Shown: positions 41,578 through 53,632 of the stretch, one piece after another
How positions within the stretch are numbered: the first letter of the stretch is position 1
Layout: every line of letters begins with the position of its first letter
Origin: Antedon mediterranea
Taxonomy: Eukaryota; Animalia; Echinodermata
Direction of reading: 5' to 3'
Assembly (NCBI RefSeq): GCF_964355755.1
Contig: NC_092676.1
Coordinates: 15,580,871-15,644,870 of the forward strand
DNA length: 64,000 nucleotides
The notes under the pieces: generated by a model
The model's input: only the letters and a program-made list of their open reading frames with translations
Told to the model about the DNA's origin: nothing
The model's database searches: none
Translations under genes and position numbers: made by a program

Positions 41578-43296
41578 TTACTTTTGTATTAGATATTGTT
41601 TAGTGTTAAAGACGAAGCTATGTTTGTTTGCAGAAGTTGTAATTTTGTTAGGAAGTGAGTTCCATATCTTGGGTCCAGTAAATCTAATATTATGTTGAAA
41701 AGAAGTCTTTTTGTGTTTAGGAATATGAAGGTTATTGAGGATTCTTGTGGAATAGCCGTGAAATTCATAATTGGGAGAAAACATATCGCGTAAATGAGAT
41801 GGAAGAAGAGCATTTTGGCTTTTGTAAATAAATAAACATTGTTGGAAAATATTAATATCTGTTAATTTTAATAATTTGAGAGAACGAAATAAAGGATCTG
41901 TACTAGTTCTAGGTGAAACATTCGAAATTATTCGAATGATTTTCTTTTGTAGTATTTGAAGTTTATTTAAATTAGATGGGAATGTGTTACACCAAACGAT
42001 ATTGCAATATAAAAGATATGGCAAAACAAGGGAGCAGTAGAGTGTTCGGAGAATATGATGTGGAAGAAAAGATGCCAGTCTACAAATTATACCAATATTT
42101 TTTGAGATTTTGTTTTCTGTCTCAATAACATGGGGTTTCCATGTCAGACGACTATCAATGGATACACCCAGAAATTTTGCATGATTGACCATGGGGAGAA
42201 CAGAACCATTTAGTTTAATTTGCAATGGACCTAATTTAATCGGCATCGTACTACTTCTAAACAAAACATAGCTGCACTTTTTTAGATTTACAGAAAGGCT
42301 GTTTGCCAGAAACCATTCGGATACATTAATTAAACTTGTATTTACAGTGTTAAATAACGACTCTAAGTGTCGATTTTTACAGATTAGTGTTGTGTCATCT
42401 GCATATAAAAAGTAAGATAAAGATACTGACGAATTGTAAATATCATTCACATATAAAAGAAACAGAAGAAGACCTAGTAATGGACCTTGTGGTACTCCAC
42501 AGGTAATAGGCAAATAGTCAGATTGGGAATCACAAAACTTGGTACATTGGTAGCGGTTGGATAAATAGCTCTTAAATAAATTGAGAGGAACACCGCGAAT
42601 ACCATAGTGATACAGTTTTGAAAGAAGAATGGGATGGTTAATGGTATCGAATGCTTTCGATAGATCGACAAAAACAACAATTGCAAACTCATCATTTTCA
42701 AAAGCATCTATTATTTCATTGGACAAATCAATTAAGGCCATTGCGGTATCAAAATGTTTGCGAAATCCAAATTGCTTATTGAATAGAATATTATTTTTTT
42801 CTATAAAGGCATAGGTTCTATTATAGATAATTCTTTCTAATATTTTAGAAAATAGCGAAAGGACTGAGATCGGTCGGTAATTAGATAAAGTGTCCTTTTT
42901 TCCTGCTTTAAAGATGGGAGTAACTCTTGCCAATTTCAATTTATTTGGAAAAACTCCTTTTGTTAAAGACAGATTAAATATGTGACATAGAGGTTTAACC
43001 AAAAGGGAAATTGATTGTTTAATAACTTTTGGACTGAATTCATCAAGTCCTTGCGCTTTATTAGTTTTAAAACACTTGACAATATCTATAATTTCGGTAT
43101 CAGACACTGGACACATAAATAAAGAGTTTAAAGTAGGTAAGGGCAAATACGTTTTAAAATCAGATTGATCGGTTGGCAATTTTTTTGAAAGAGTTGGTCC
43201 AATTTCGACAAAAAACTTATTGAATTCATTTGCGATTTGAGACGGGTCTTCAATGGATTCACCATTATTGCCTGTTAGAACAACTTTCGTATTCAA
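41578..43296 (-). CDS. LINE ORF2 C-terminal half: reverse transcriptase (frameshifted from the endonuclease half)
   Basis: NYRPISVL, QFGFR, DLSKAFDTI, GVPQG, YADDT and FLGV motifs, in the -1 frame relative to the APE ORF. Confidence 0.88.
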   Translation of the reverse strand: MNTKVVLTGNNGESIEDPSQIANEFNKFFVEIGPTLSKKLPTDQSDFKTYLPLPTLNSLFMCPVSDTEIIDIVKCFKTNKAQGLDEFSPKVIKQSISLLVKPLCHIFNLSLTKGVFPNKLKLARVTPIFKAGKKDTLSNYRPISVLSLFSKILERIIYNRTYAFIEKNNILFNKQFGFRKHFDTAMALIDLSNEIIDAFENDEFAIVVFVDLSKAFDTINHPILLSKLYHYGIRGVPLNLFKSYLSNRYQCTKFCDSQSDYLPITCGVPQGPLLGLLLFLLYVNDIYNSSVSLSYFLYADDTTLICKNRHLESLFNTVNTSLINVSEWFLANSLSVNLKKCSYVLFRSSTMPIKLGPLQIKLNGSVLPMVNHAKFLGVSIDSRLTWKPHVIETENKISKNIGIICRLASFLPHHILRTLYCSLVLPYLLYCNIVWCNTFPSNLNKLQILQKKIIRIISNVSPRTSTDPLFRSLKLLKLTDINIFQQCLFIYKSQNALLPSHLRDMFSPNYEFHGYSTRILNNLHIPKHKKTSFQHNIRFTGPKIWNSLPNKITTSANKHSFVFNTKQYLIQK

Positions 43297-44609
43297 ATTG
43301 GAGACCTTTTAATCAAGGAGTTAATTACGCGCCAAGTACCTTTAATATCATGTTGACATTGAGTAAATCTGTTTTGATAGTATTCGGTTTTAACACGTTT
43401 AATAAGTGAATTTAAGGTATTACGGAATTTAGTGTATTTTATTTTATTATGATTGGTAGGATTATTTAGGTATTTAGCATATAACTTGTGTTTATATTTA
43501 GTAGATTGCAACAGACCATTTGACATCCAAGGTTTCAATTTTGTGTTTTTTTTACTTTGCGTAGTCATTGGAAAATGTTTATTATATAAAAGTTTTAATT
43601 TAGTTTCAAAAGTATTATAAGCTTGATTAGGTTCTTGCAATAAGTTCACATCGTTCCATGTTATTACGCTAAGCTCTCGTTTAAATTGTTCGATGTTATT
43701 TTCATTAATTTTCCTAAAAGGTTTATTTGGAGGTCTACTGACTGCTTGAGTATTTTTGTATGTTAAGGTAGATATAGAAAAAACAGGTAGGTGATCGGAA
43801 ATATCGCAATAGAGCTGACCACTAGCGAGGTGTAAATCAGGCTGGTTGGTTAATATGTTATCAATAAGAGTAGCACTATTTGATGTTATCCTAGTAGGTC
43901 TAAGTATTAGCGGTAAATAAAAGTTGCTAAAAAGAGTGTTTACAAAATTGTTAGTTGTGGTTTCATAAGTATATTGCAAAATATCTATATTGAAATCACC
44001 CAACAGATATACCAGCTTATTTTCAGTTGAAAGAGTATGAAGTAGGTTATCTAGGATATCATTGAATGCATTGATATTCAAAGACGGAGCACGATAGATT
44101 GTTCCCACGATGATATTTTTCCCATGTATCTGTTCTATTTCAATAAATATCGATTCACATATTGATTCATCTGTTGTTAAATCATTACGGACAGTAACTG
44201 ATACATTGTTTCGTACGTACAGGGCTACGCCACCACCCGCCTTAGATTTCCTATTTCTAGAAAAAATATTATAACCCGGCATATCTGTTAGGGGATTATT
44301 GTCATACTGTAGCCAAGATTCAGTAATAGCAATAACATCAAAGTCAAATTCAAGTGTAAGAAGAAAACGTTTTAAAGAATCCATCTTGCCCAAGAGACTA
44401 CGTGTATTAAAATGGATAGTAGACAAAATATTTTTATCATTGTTATGCTTAGAGAAATTCTCTGAGAATGTTTCTGGATCAAAATAATTAGATTCATTTA
44501 AACTAGCATAAAATTGAGAGTGTGGATCAACATTTTCATTAATATTCATGTTCTCGTATGCCACAAAAGGGTTAAATTTCACATCAGTTGTAGAGTTGGA
44601 TTGGCACAT
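43293..44609 (-). CDS. LINE ORF2 N-terminal half: APE endonuclease
   Basis: HFNTRSL, IAITESW, GGGVALYV, GTIYRAP, LLGDFNID, TLIDNI and ISDHLPV motifs. Ends at the frameshift. Confidence 0.88.
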   Translation of the reverse strand: MCQSNSTTDVKFNPFVAYENMNINENVDPHSQFYASLNESNYFDPETFSENFSKHNNDKNILSTIHFNTRSLLGKMDSLKRFLLTLEFDFDVIAITESWLQYDNNPLTDMPGYNIFSRNRKSKAGGGVALYVRNNVSVTVRNDLTTDESICESIFIEIEQIHGKNIIVGTIYRAPSLNINAFNDILDNLLHTLSTENKLVYLLGDFNIDILQYTYETTTNNFVNTLFSNFYLPLILRPTRITSNSATLIDNILTNQPDLHLASGQLYCDISDHLPVFSISTLTYKNTQAVSRPPNKPFRKINENNIEQFKRELSVITWNDVNLLQEPNQAYNTFETKLKLLYNKHFPMTTQSKKNTKLKPWMSNGLLQSTKYKHKLYAKYLNNPTNHNKIKYTKFRNTLNSLIKRVKTEYYQNRFTQCQHDIKGTWRVINSLIKRSPI

Positions 44610-44958
44610 TAATTATAGGTATCATAGATAATTTAAACATTAGGTAAAAGTTAACAATAATATAATAAAATAAAAAACTAAATATAACAATAATTAAACA
44701 TAAAACAATTCTGTTTAGTGCTGCCGTATTACTAATACATAGGTAGCGTAAGCGTTGCACTCCCCGTGTATAAAACGGAGAATAATTCATTAGGTATGCA
44801 ACCGGGTATGCAAAGGTATAATTTGCATAATGGTACGTAGCGGACATGCTTGGAATTTAAACAAGCAAAGCCAGGTTAAATATACTGACATTACAAAATG
44901 AAAGAAGGCAGAGAAAAAGAAACCATTCATATCCCAGTTCCTCAAAACACCGTAAAAG

Positions 44959-45648
44959 TTACTTGAATATATAGGGAGTCCCCGTAGAAGTTCGCCATTT
45001 ACCAGCAGAGAATTTAAGTTTAGTTCCATTGTCATATAAAGCTTTAACTTGAAATTTCCATTTCTTCTTTTCTTTATAATCCACTAAGGTCAGATCATCT
45101 ATCACGTAAAACTGTTTATCTTGTAAGGCAATATTCTTCTGTTTCATGACTTGAACTTTAGAGTTATAACTAAGTAGTTTAATTATAATGTGTCGGGGCC
45201 TCACCGGCAGTACACGACCGACTCGATGTGCACGCTCTATCGTTGGTATTTCACTAAATTCAAAGTTATCTATTAGAATGTTCCTGGCCAAGACAATACA
45301 ATCCTCACCTGATTCTTCTTTAAGTCCCACAATTCGAACGTTGTTACGTCGGCTGAAGCGTTCGGATTTGTTGGCCTCTAGTTCGAGCTTCGCAACCGTA
45401 GATGATAGTTTATCAACCGTTTGTTCGAGTTGACCAATCTTGTTAGCCTTGATAATATCGTTTTCTTCGAGTGCTGCGATTCTGTCCGAGTTAAATCCAA
45501 TAGCTTGGTTCAAATCCTCTTTAATTTTTGCCTGCCCATCTAATAATGATTTTAGGGAAGCATGTACAAAATTGTTAAAGTCCACAGGGTTGGAACAAGC
45601 ACTTTCAATATCGGCTGGGCGAGAGCGAGTCTTGGGTTTGGTGGCCAT
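44959..45648 (-). CDS. LINE ORF1 protein (coiled coil plus L1-type RRM, Transposase_22-like)
   Basis: 229 aa with a heptad region followed by ERFSRRNNVRIVGLKE...IERAHRVG...RPRHIIIKL...DDLT. Confidence 0.88.
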   Translation of the reverse strand: MATKPKTRSRPADIESACSNPVDFNNFVHASLKSLLDGQAKIKEDLNQAIGFNSDRIAALEENDIIKANKIGQLEQTVDKLSSTVAKLELEANKSERFSRRNNVRIVGLKEESGEDCIVLARNILIDNFEFSEIPTIERAHRVGRVLPVRPRHIIIKLLSYNSKVQVMKQKNIALQDKQFYVIDDLTLVDYKEKKKWKFQVKALYDNGTKLKFSAGKWRTSTGTPYIFK

Positions 45649-45784
45649 GATGCATACACGCCGTGTAAATTGTAGTCAAATGAGGAGCGCTCGCTATACA
45701 CGTCTTATCCTGAGCACGTCATTGATACCAATCTGTCTAGCCTAGGTACATAATTAATTTACAACAGATGAAAATTAAATAGGC

Positions 45785-46419
45785 CTAGGGGCAAAATAAT
45801 TGACAATAATGCAGCACTTCCCACGGCAGATCAGTTTTAACAAAAATAAAATTACTGACCACCGACCGGCCCAAACACAAAATAATTCGAGTGAAAAACA
45901 GTATTGTGTTTCATGTCATGTGGTCAGCAACCAGATACGGTTATTACAAAATACAAACTGCGTACTATTTTTAGTTCTGGTACATTAAATAATATGTAAT
46001 ATATAAATGTAAACATTTAAGCTTAGCATAATCATATACGCTACTACTGAATAAGTGGGCTATAATAATATGAGAACTAATATTAAATCTACATATCAGT
46101 TTTGTACCATTTTTTCTTGATATAATTGTGGAAGCTTAAATTAATTTAACTGTTCTGTATTTTGTTATTGGGTGGGGTCGGATTCGGGCTTTTTTGTTGT
46201 TGACCGTATTGATATGTTAATTCATGTATTGTCATTGTTTTACAATAACCAGTCGTGTTATATATTATGTGTACTGTAGTTATAAATCATTTTATTTTCT
46301 GTGCACCTGTTTTTTTCATTCGAATTACTTTGTGTTTGGTGGTCAGTAATTTTATTTTTGTTAAAACTGATCTGCCGTGAGAAGTGCTACATTATTGTCA
46401 ATATAATTTTTAGCCTATA
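45785..46419. mobile_element. MITE/foldback element with ~115-bp TIRs
   Basis: TTGACAATAATGCAGCACTTCCCACGGCAGATCAGTTTTAACAAAAATAAAATTACTGACCACC..AAACAG is inverted at ~46307-46419. Confidence 0.8.
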
Positions 46420-46522
46420 CTTTGTTTTTTTGGTTCACCAATTTTTGGAAATGTTATTCTGGCATGGTGGTCAATTTCAACAGTACATTCGTCTGTAAAA
46501 ATAACGTTTCTGAATTATTCTC

Positions 46523-47900
46523 TGTTACGGATACAGGTCACTGTATAACTTTATTGGGTCCGCGAATTAACTGACAGTATCTCGTTCCCTCACAGCGCCA
46601 TTGTAGTTTGCACATACTCTTGAAGAGAAGTTTTGACGCACCTGCGTCATTGCGATAGATTAAAGAGACTATATATTTAATTCATACCCAATATAAAGGA
46701 AGATTCAGTCTCTTCGGTATATTTCTATACACTCATCGTGTACTCACCTAACAGTGATCTGAGTCCCAGTGGCGTGATCACCCTGCTTGTTTTCATTTCT
46801 TTAGCTGCCCAATTCTCCGTCCAAGGTTAGCCCGTCCAGGAATACTTGCAGCATCCGGACCACTGCTTCCTTTGTCCTTCGTTGAGCTGAGCGTCAGACA
46901 CAATCAGCCAGCTGTTGATTCGTCTGGTAGGCCTCATGGAGAAACCGTCTTGTCATCGGACGTCGGTTCGGGGTGAAGCCCTCGGGCTTTGCCGAAACTC
47001 GTGGTGGTCTGGTGGAGGCGGCTGCCTTCTTAGGGGACGCTGGCGGTGTCCCTTTGCTGGGCCGGGCTGGCATTGACCTGGATGTGTCCTCTGTCCTGTT
47101 AGTGTTGAGTGGCAGGTTGGCTCTGTGAGACGCCCCACGGTGAGGAGTAAATCGATTCAAGAGATCAACCATTGCCCCTCCCCCCCCCCAATAAGCAATG
47201 TGGGTATAGCAGCGCCAGTGGACACCCCAGCTCCGTGATGTTCTCGCATCCCACTGCCCGAGCGGTCGACCGCAGGATTGTCATCCACTTGTAGGACAGG
47301 TGGTGAATAACAATTTCTTGTTACACAGCTTCACTGCTCTCTCCAAGATCGAGGCCTGCCTCGGTAACAGGGAGACCACTCCTTTGACAAAATCCCAGCG
47401 ACAGCAGTGGGTCGTAGTGTCGTCCATGACATTCGCACTTCCTATGAATTCCGGGGCGTGCACCAGCAGGTGATCCTTTGACGTACCCTGCTTCAGAGTA
47501 CATACTGCGATGGGGCAGGGATAGCTTGTTCGCAACAGTAGTCGTTGCTGCTTCGGTGGTGATGGGCTATGGCTTTTCACCTGGCTCCTAGTCTGACTTC
47601 GGTCGGCGGTCGTTTGGCTCCCGCGGGCGCCGGGTGGGGTCCTACACGAGTCCCAGAGACACGACCACCCTGTGCGTGACCTCGGCTAGATCTGTCCCGG
47701 CAGTGACTCCCCCAGCAGTTCTCCCTCGGCAGTTCTCCGACTGAAGAGCGCGTTTGCTTGGTTGACTCGATTCCTGAGGTGCCGCTTCCTTCGGCAGATT
47801 GGTGGGCTTCTTCAACCTTACGTCCGTCGCTTGAAAAATGAAGTCGGTCGCTTTACTTGTGTAAGTTGCTGTTGGATGTCAATGGTGTGTTGCATTTGTG
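46523..47900. mobile_element. GC-rich retroelement-like remnant (LTR-like 46523-46753 plus decayed ORF pieces)
   Basis: A TGTTA...TAACA segment followed by ~1.1 kb far more GC-rich than its flanks. It has broken minus-strand Pro/Arg-rich ORFs, a C-x4-C...H-x3-H motif and a G-run on minus at ~47189-47175. Confidence 0.35.
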
Positions 47901-49093
47901 ATATGGTAGTTCGTGTTTGTTCAGCCAATACCTGACAATTTTTTTTTCCTTCACTTTTCCGGTCAGCCACACACCACATTCGACGATTGTTTCACTGACT
48001 GTTTCACTTTACGAAGCCAACATCGTGGCCTATATGAAGGATTGTTTATTGAGGTAATACAATACAACATCGTAGCCTACGAAGTGAATGACCTAGTCTA
48101 CGTTCTACCTACAAAGCTACTTCGTAGGAAAAGTTGCAGTACTTTCTTTCTTTACTGTATTTTTGATACATTTACAACAAGCATTAAATTCATATTTTAT
48201 AATGCTTACCGTATGTCCTTGACATTGTTAGTTGAACAGCATTCATCAAAGAGGCCATATAGATGTTATTTATGACTGTTTTGTTCTTTTATCCATAATT
48301 CCACTATCAACATACCAGCTGTATTGACAATGTTGTACTCTTTTTTCACTTACTTATATAAACATATCATAGAAGATCACTATCAACAAGAGACCATTAT
48401 CAACTATAGGTATGAATTTTGTATCTATTATGCAAAATGTGTATAATAAAACAATCTTCAAATTTATGAAGTTGTTTTTAAATTCTAAAACAATTGATAT
48501 GTAAAGGTTCTACTTGATGTTTGATTTTGCAAAGATGTTGTACTCTTTACTTGTCACTTCATAGAAGATAAATAAATTATAGTTATAAATTTTGCATTCA
48601 TGATGCAAAATGTGTATACTATAATTTCAATTATTACAGTTATTTTTTAGATTTATTAGACTGCACATAACATAAAGGCAGCGAAAAGAAAGGGATGAAC
48701 AGGTGACAAGCACCTCTATCTACCAAAAAAGGAATATTTATTGTCCCATTTGATACCGTGACAACTTCTTAAGCTAGGATGAATCGGTATAATTTTGAAG
48801 GCGTCCGTGATATCAGTCTTAATAATCCTGCCCTTGTTGTTTTATTATTTTTATCATGTTATCTATTGATACGTATTGAATATGCGTCCTTGTCTATAAG
48901 TTTATTTGTGCAAGTATCTACCTTCATCGATACCAATCAGATTTATGCGATACTGATTATATGGATTACTATTATATGGGCCAATCAAAACCCCTTGCTC
49001 ACCTCAGTTGTGATTAGTTCCGTAACGATTTCGGGTTGTTGCAGTGCGGAAGTTCTTACATTCAATTGATTGTTTGGGCAGACTTTTGATGCC

Positions 49094-49300
49094 TGTGTAG
49101 AAACCATGGGAAAGTCTGTTGATTAAATACTCTTTGGTGTTTGTGTTTGGAAAAGTATCGAGCATTAGTTTTAGTTCCGTATTGTTAATGGGTGTTGTAT
49201 TACAAGTTAAGACAAGTCAAGACAAGTTAAAGTTAGCGGTGTCATGTTTCATTTTGCTATGGCCCCTTGACAAGCATCTCTATCCACATCCCCCCTTTTA
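49094..49300 (-). mobile_element. LTR with polypurine tract (3' end of an LTR retrotransposon)
   Basis: Minus strand: AAAAGGGGGGA immediately followed by TGTGGATAG...CTACACA (~195 bp, TG...CA). Confidence 0.5.
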
Positions 49301-49483
49301 ATAAATTAAAACTACAATACAATATTTGCTAAAGCAAAATATTCAGTTATTAAAATTTAAAAACAATTTTTCAAGTTTATATTCTCTTTTGATTATATGA
49401 CTTTAAGTTTCACCTTAATTTATCATAAAATAAATATAGCCAGTGGTAGTAAAACTTAATATAAATACCATGATTAGATGGTC

Positions 49484-50426
49484 TATATTATACAGATATT
49501 GACTGCTTAGAGGTTAAATATAAAATTTGACATCCCCTCGGGAATGATATTAAGTTCAAGGGAATATATATTTCCCGAAGCGCCAGCTGAGGGAAATATA
49601 TATTCCCCGAGAACTTAATATCATTCCCGAGGGGATGTCAAATCTTATATTTAACTGATATAAAAGGCAATATCTGTTATATTATATAGCCAAGAACAAG
49701 TCTGCTGGGTTGGGTGAAGCTAGGCTAGGCCTCCTACAGTATTTGTATTGTATTTAAACAAGCCTGCCTAGACACCTTACCTTGCGAAGAATAATATACA
49801 GATAATTACTAATTAATGATTCCTTGGCAATAAAATATTCACTTAGGCCTAGGTCGTTTAAATTAACAGGAGAATTTCCATCAATAAGCCTATTAATAAT
49901 AATATTATAATCAGGTAGGCCGAATAAACAATTCGTCTTCTTCTCTTCGAGGAGCCGAATCACCGGATGTTCAGCTCATACTAGTTACTAGGTTACTACC
50001 GTGAGTATTGACCAATCACAAACTGTGTTTCATCACATTTAGGGTGGACTAATAACAAATGAGGGCGCTATGTATGCATAGCTTAAATAGTTTAGAAGAT
50101 TAATTTCTTCAAGCAAGTTCCGTGGCGCAGCGGTTGAAACGTTGTCTTGTGATGGAGTGACAATTGCATCGCAAGTTCAAGATCCAGTAGATGACTTTTG
50201 TTTATTTATCGGCAAACGCGAGTGTTGCACACGAAAATGACACAGTCAATATCATCGTACTCAAGAATTTATATGATTAATGACAGGGGACACGATTATT
50301 ACGCGAAAATTACACAGTCAATATCATCGTTCTCGAGGATATATACGATTTACGATCCTCGCAGCGGTAGTCATGTGATGCAGTTTCAACCAATCACGTT
50401 CGCGTATTTACATAGGCTATGTAATA
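49484..50426. mobile_element. Hairpin-led non-autonomous element (copy 2)
   Basis: ~200-bp palindrome 49484-49690 centred on CCGAAGCGCCAGCTGAGG. The distal GGCTATGTAATA is inverted to TATTATATAGCC at the hairpin base. Contains an internal tRNA-like segment and a short duplicated unit. Confidence 0.72.
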
Positions 50427-50429
50427 TAC

Positions 50430-50900
50430 TTGGTTACTTTATATCCAAATGTTAATTTGAATTGTATTCTTCAGATCTGTCATCAATTGTCCCTGCATAC
50501 CACTCCTTATCATCACAAACCAATATATAATGTGCCCCAGCAGTTAAGATTTGGTTGGTTTCAGTTACTTGTAAGCTAGCCCTTGCTACTAAATGCTTTG
50601 TGGCACCTCCTATACAATTGCAAAGGTTCTTTCCGTGACTAGTAGAAAAAGAAAGGCCACTCATGATCTTGTGGAAACGTATGTTTTTATAATTCTTGTA
50701 TTGGGTAGCTGCCCCATCACTAAATACTTATTGTCTTTATATGTGGCAAGACATATTTTATATGAGAAACTAATGTGGTGATAAAAGCATGAACTGTAGA
50801 CATTTCATGTTTTAATGAATATGAGATGACACAGGAACATTTTAGTTCATCATATACCTTATAATAATAATGGATATGCAGAGTCCCCAATTATTAAATG
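50430..50900 (-). pseudogene. Decayed DDE transposase fragment, Sola2-like
   Basis: Minus pieces FSDGAATQYKNYKN (~50724-50683) and FSTSHGKNLCNCIGGATKHLVARASLQ match the DG..QYKN / HGK..CDG.GG..K pattern recalled for Sola2-type transposases. Confidence 0.6.
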
Positions 50901-52611
50901 CATCATTTGCATTTACTTCAATATTAAAAAATGGTTTTGGATTTCACAAGCCAAAGTGCTCATGAATTTGGCATCGGGATCCATCAGTCTTTGTAATAAC
51001 CCTGAATACGACAATTAATGGTTGAAGTAGTCTTGTGCATTTTCAGGCAGTGCAGTAATGTGTGTAGCATCGATAACAAATAAATATCTTTACAACAATA
51101 ATGACTGGGTGGGAGGAAAGGGAAAGTGTGAACAGTGTTTTTGCTGTATTTAGTGTATCATATTCTGTATAGGGTAACCATATTTTACATCTAGCTAAGA
51201 CAAAAATTCTCTTAAAATTATGAAAAATAAGAAAACTGTAATCAACAATTGTTTTAACTTGTTTTTATAAAACGGGTACAAACTTCGTCATCCCAATAAT
51301 ATCCATTATGTCCACAAAAATCTGAAGTTTGTTGTTCTGTTGGTTCTTTGTTTTCATTTTGTGTGTTAAGTTTTTTTTTTACCCCCTTTTCTGGTTCCTT
51401 TTGCAGTTTTTCCTTCTCACTATCATTACGTTGTTGCTGCTGCTGCTCTTTTTGCCATCCTTTCCTCTCAACAAATTCTACTCTTCTAAATACAGTTACC
51501 CATGATTTAGTAGGCCTAGTGATTGATATTAAAATTGCTAATCGCTTCCATATCTTTATATTAGGGGATTTGGCATTTTGCCATTTCTTATAAATAGGTT
51601 GCATCTTTTGTTGATGGATATTTTTTCAAAGACAACCATAGCATGTTATTAATTGTCATAAATAAATGTGGCATGGTCATGAGCTTTTCTTTTTTATTTT
51701 GGAATATAAAGTGATATATAAATAGTTATGGCATGTTGAAAAGAATAAAAAAAAAAAAATCATCTGACAGAGCAATTATGTCTCCGAGCATATCTTTTCT
51801 TTCTTTTCCATGACATTAGTAAAAGTAAATTATGATGTTGATTCCAATTACATCGTTATATTCAGTTACTGCTAAGGCAGTTGCCTGAACCTGTGTCACC
51901 CCCATCGCAGAGATGAATGGTTCGTTTATTATTGGCCACTGTTCGACCAATATACGAGACATTTTCCTGCACCAATAGTCGTTTTTTTGTAGGCAAAGTT
52001 TTAATTTTCTTTATAAACATCACTGCTGGATTTCTGTATTCTCTAATCAGCTTTTCATTTATTTTAAATGATGACGCCCTCCGTCATTAATGTTTCTTAT
52101 AGTCTTTCAAAAGCATCCTTTTAAATCGTGTCTTGTCGGTAAGACACTTTCTAACAGTCCTTGATTCAGACAGATCCACAATGTACTACATACTTCCCGC
52201 CTTTACTTGGTTCAAGATTTGCATTCTTCGTATTTCTTTTGTGGAAATTGTTTAAAAGGCATATGTTTATACCTTCCCTGTGGGTGTCCTTGTTCATACT
52301 TTCATCATTTGGGATGAATGTGGGAAGGTTGTTTTCAAACTTAGCAACAATATTATAATAACATTACTGAAGTTTAATAAATGGTATTATACCAGATGAC
52401 AATAGCAAGAGTTACTCCTATTTATAAAATAAAGGTGCAAAAAATGATATGTGTAACTATAGACCAATCTCAGTGATTGGCCACAAAGCAAAAATAGATA
52501 GATCTAAAAAATATGTTAACCATGTTAAGAACATTCTTTTAATGAAAATGTCATCCATATATAAATTTATATAAATAAATGAAATAAATATAATGCAAAT
52601 ATTGTTGGTAG

Positions 52612-53346
52612 TTAAGAAGAGGTGGACGACATCTTGGCCTTCTTGGCTTGTAATGGGTTCTCTTCATACTCCACCTCAGTTACATTCAGTTGGTTGAGTA
52701 TACCTTTGCCGTCAGTATTGAGAGCGTTAAATGAGGTTTTGATGAATCGTTTGGATACGCCTGTGTGTTTCAGCTCGCTGAAGACTAATGTAGCTACTTG
52801 TTGCAAGAAGATGATTGCATTTGATGTTGGATACATTGTTCTAGGCCTTTTCTTACTTAGGTGTATCATCTTCGTGCAGAAGTTCCTGTTCACACTGTTT
52901 TGCTGGAATTAGATGCTGGCCAGCTATCTACGATGCTGTGTACTCTGTTTGTGGACAAAGTTTTGTTAAGTAGCTTGGCCAGTTTGCCTGGATATTTTTG
53001 GACAACATTTCCAAAGAGATTGTCATGCATCTTGCTGTCTATGAAATTCGTTGTAGGGGTTGGCATGATAGCGAATTTCTTGGCCATACAGTATTCGACC
53101 GTTGCTATGGCATGTTCCATGGTTGTGTCAGTTATTGTTGTTTGGTTTGTGAAAGCCTTCCCGGTGGTTGTTTGTGTTAACTGATTTAGCCATAGGCGTT
53201 CGGGCATTGGTGTCAGTTGGGTGTCTGTGTTTTCGTCTATGTCTTCGGGCGTTGCCCACGCATTGAAGATGGCTTGGTAAATCACGGCGAGGCGCGCAAC
53301 CTGCCCTTGAGCTTTGGCCAAAACTCCCTTGATCTGCCATTGTCAT
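52612..53346 (-). pseudogene. Frameshifted terminal exon of a DUF3987/YfjI-like protein
   Basis: Splice acceptor at 53348-53347, then IKGVLAKAQGQVARLAVIY...ITDTTMEHAIATVEYC, continuing after a frameshift near 52890 to a stop at 52612. Family assignment is from motif memory only. Confidence 0.4.
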
Positions 53347-53446
53347 CTACAGGTTTAACAAAATATAAATGTTATTTATTAATGTATTTTCAAACACCAT
53401 GGTGTGAGTAAACAAGAGTCTGAAGCTGTTTGAATGCTGTACATTA

Positions 53447-53632
53447 AATAGCAATTGCAAGCTATTTAATTGCTATTATTGCTGTATCAAGTATAGCAAT
53501 TGTAAGCTACAGTATTTAATTGCTATTTATTGCTATATATCAAGTATAGCAATTACAAGGTAGCTATTTGCAATTTATGGCTATATCAACTATAGCATTT
53601 GCAAAGCATCTCCTTGCTATCTATTGCTATGA
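53447..53632. repeat. ~50-bp tandem repeat of self-complementary TAGCAAT/ATTGCTA units
   Basis: About 4 copies of ATAGCAATT...GCTA..TTGCTAT..ATCAAGT. Confidence 0.75.

Larger units (their letters stand above)
41248..45735 (-). mobile_element. Near full-length CR1/L2-group non-LTR retrotransposon
   Basis: 5'UTR with AAGACGTGT..GAGCGCTCC, ORF1, ORF2 (APE plus RT), 3'UTR with AATAAA and a (TGAAA)n tail at 41270-41248. No TSD found. Confidence 0.93.

Noticed and set aside
43293-43310. Programmed -1 ribosomal frameshift in LINE ORF2
   Set aside because: No canonical X XXY YYZ slippery site, and APE-RT is normally one ORF; a 1-nt deletion is simpler.
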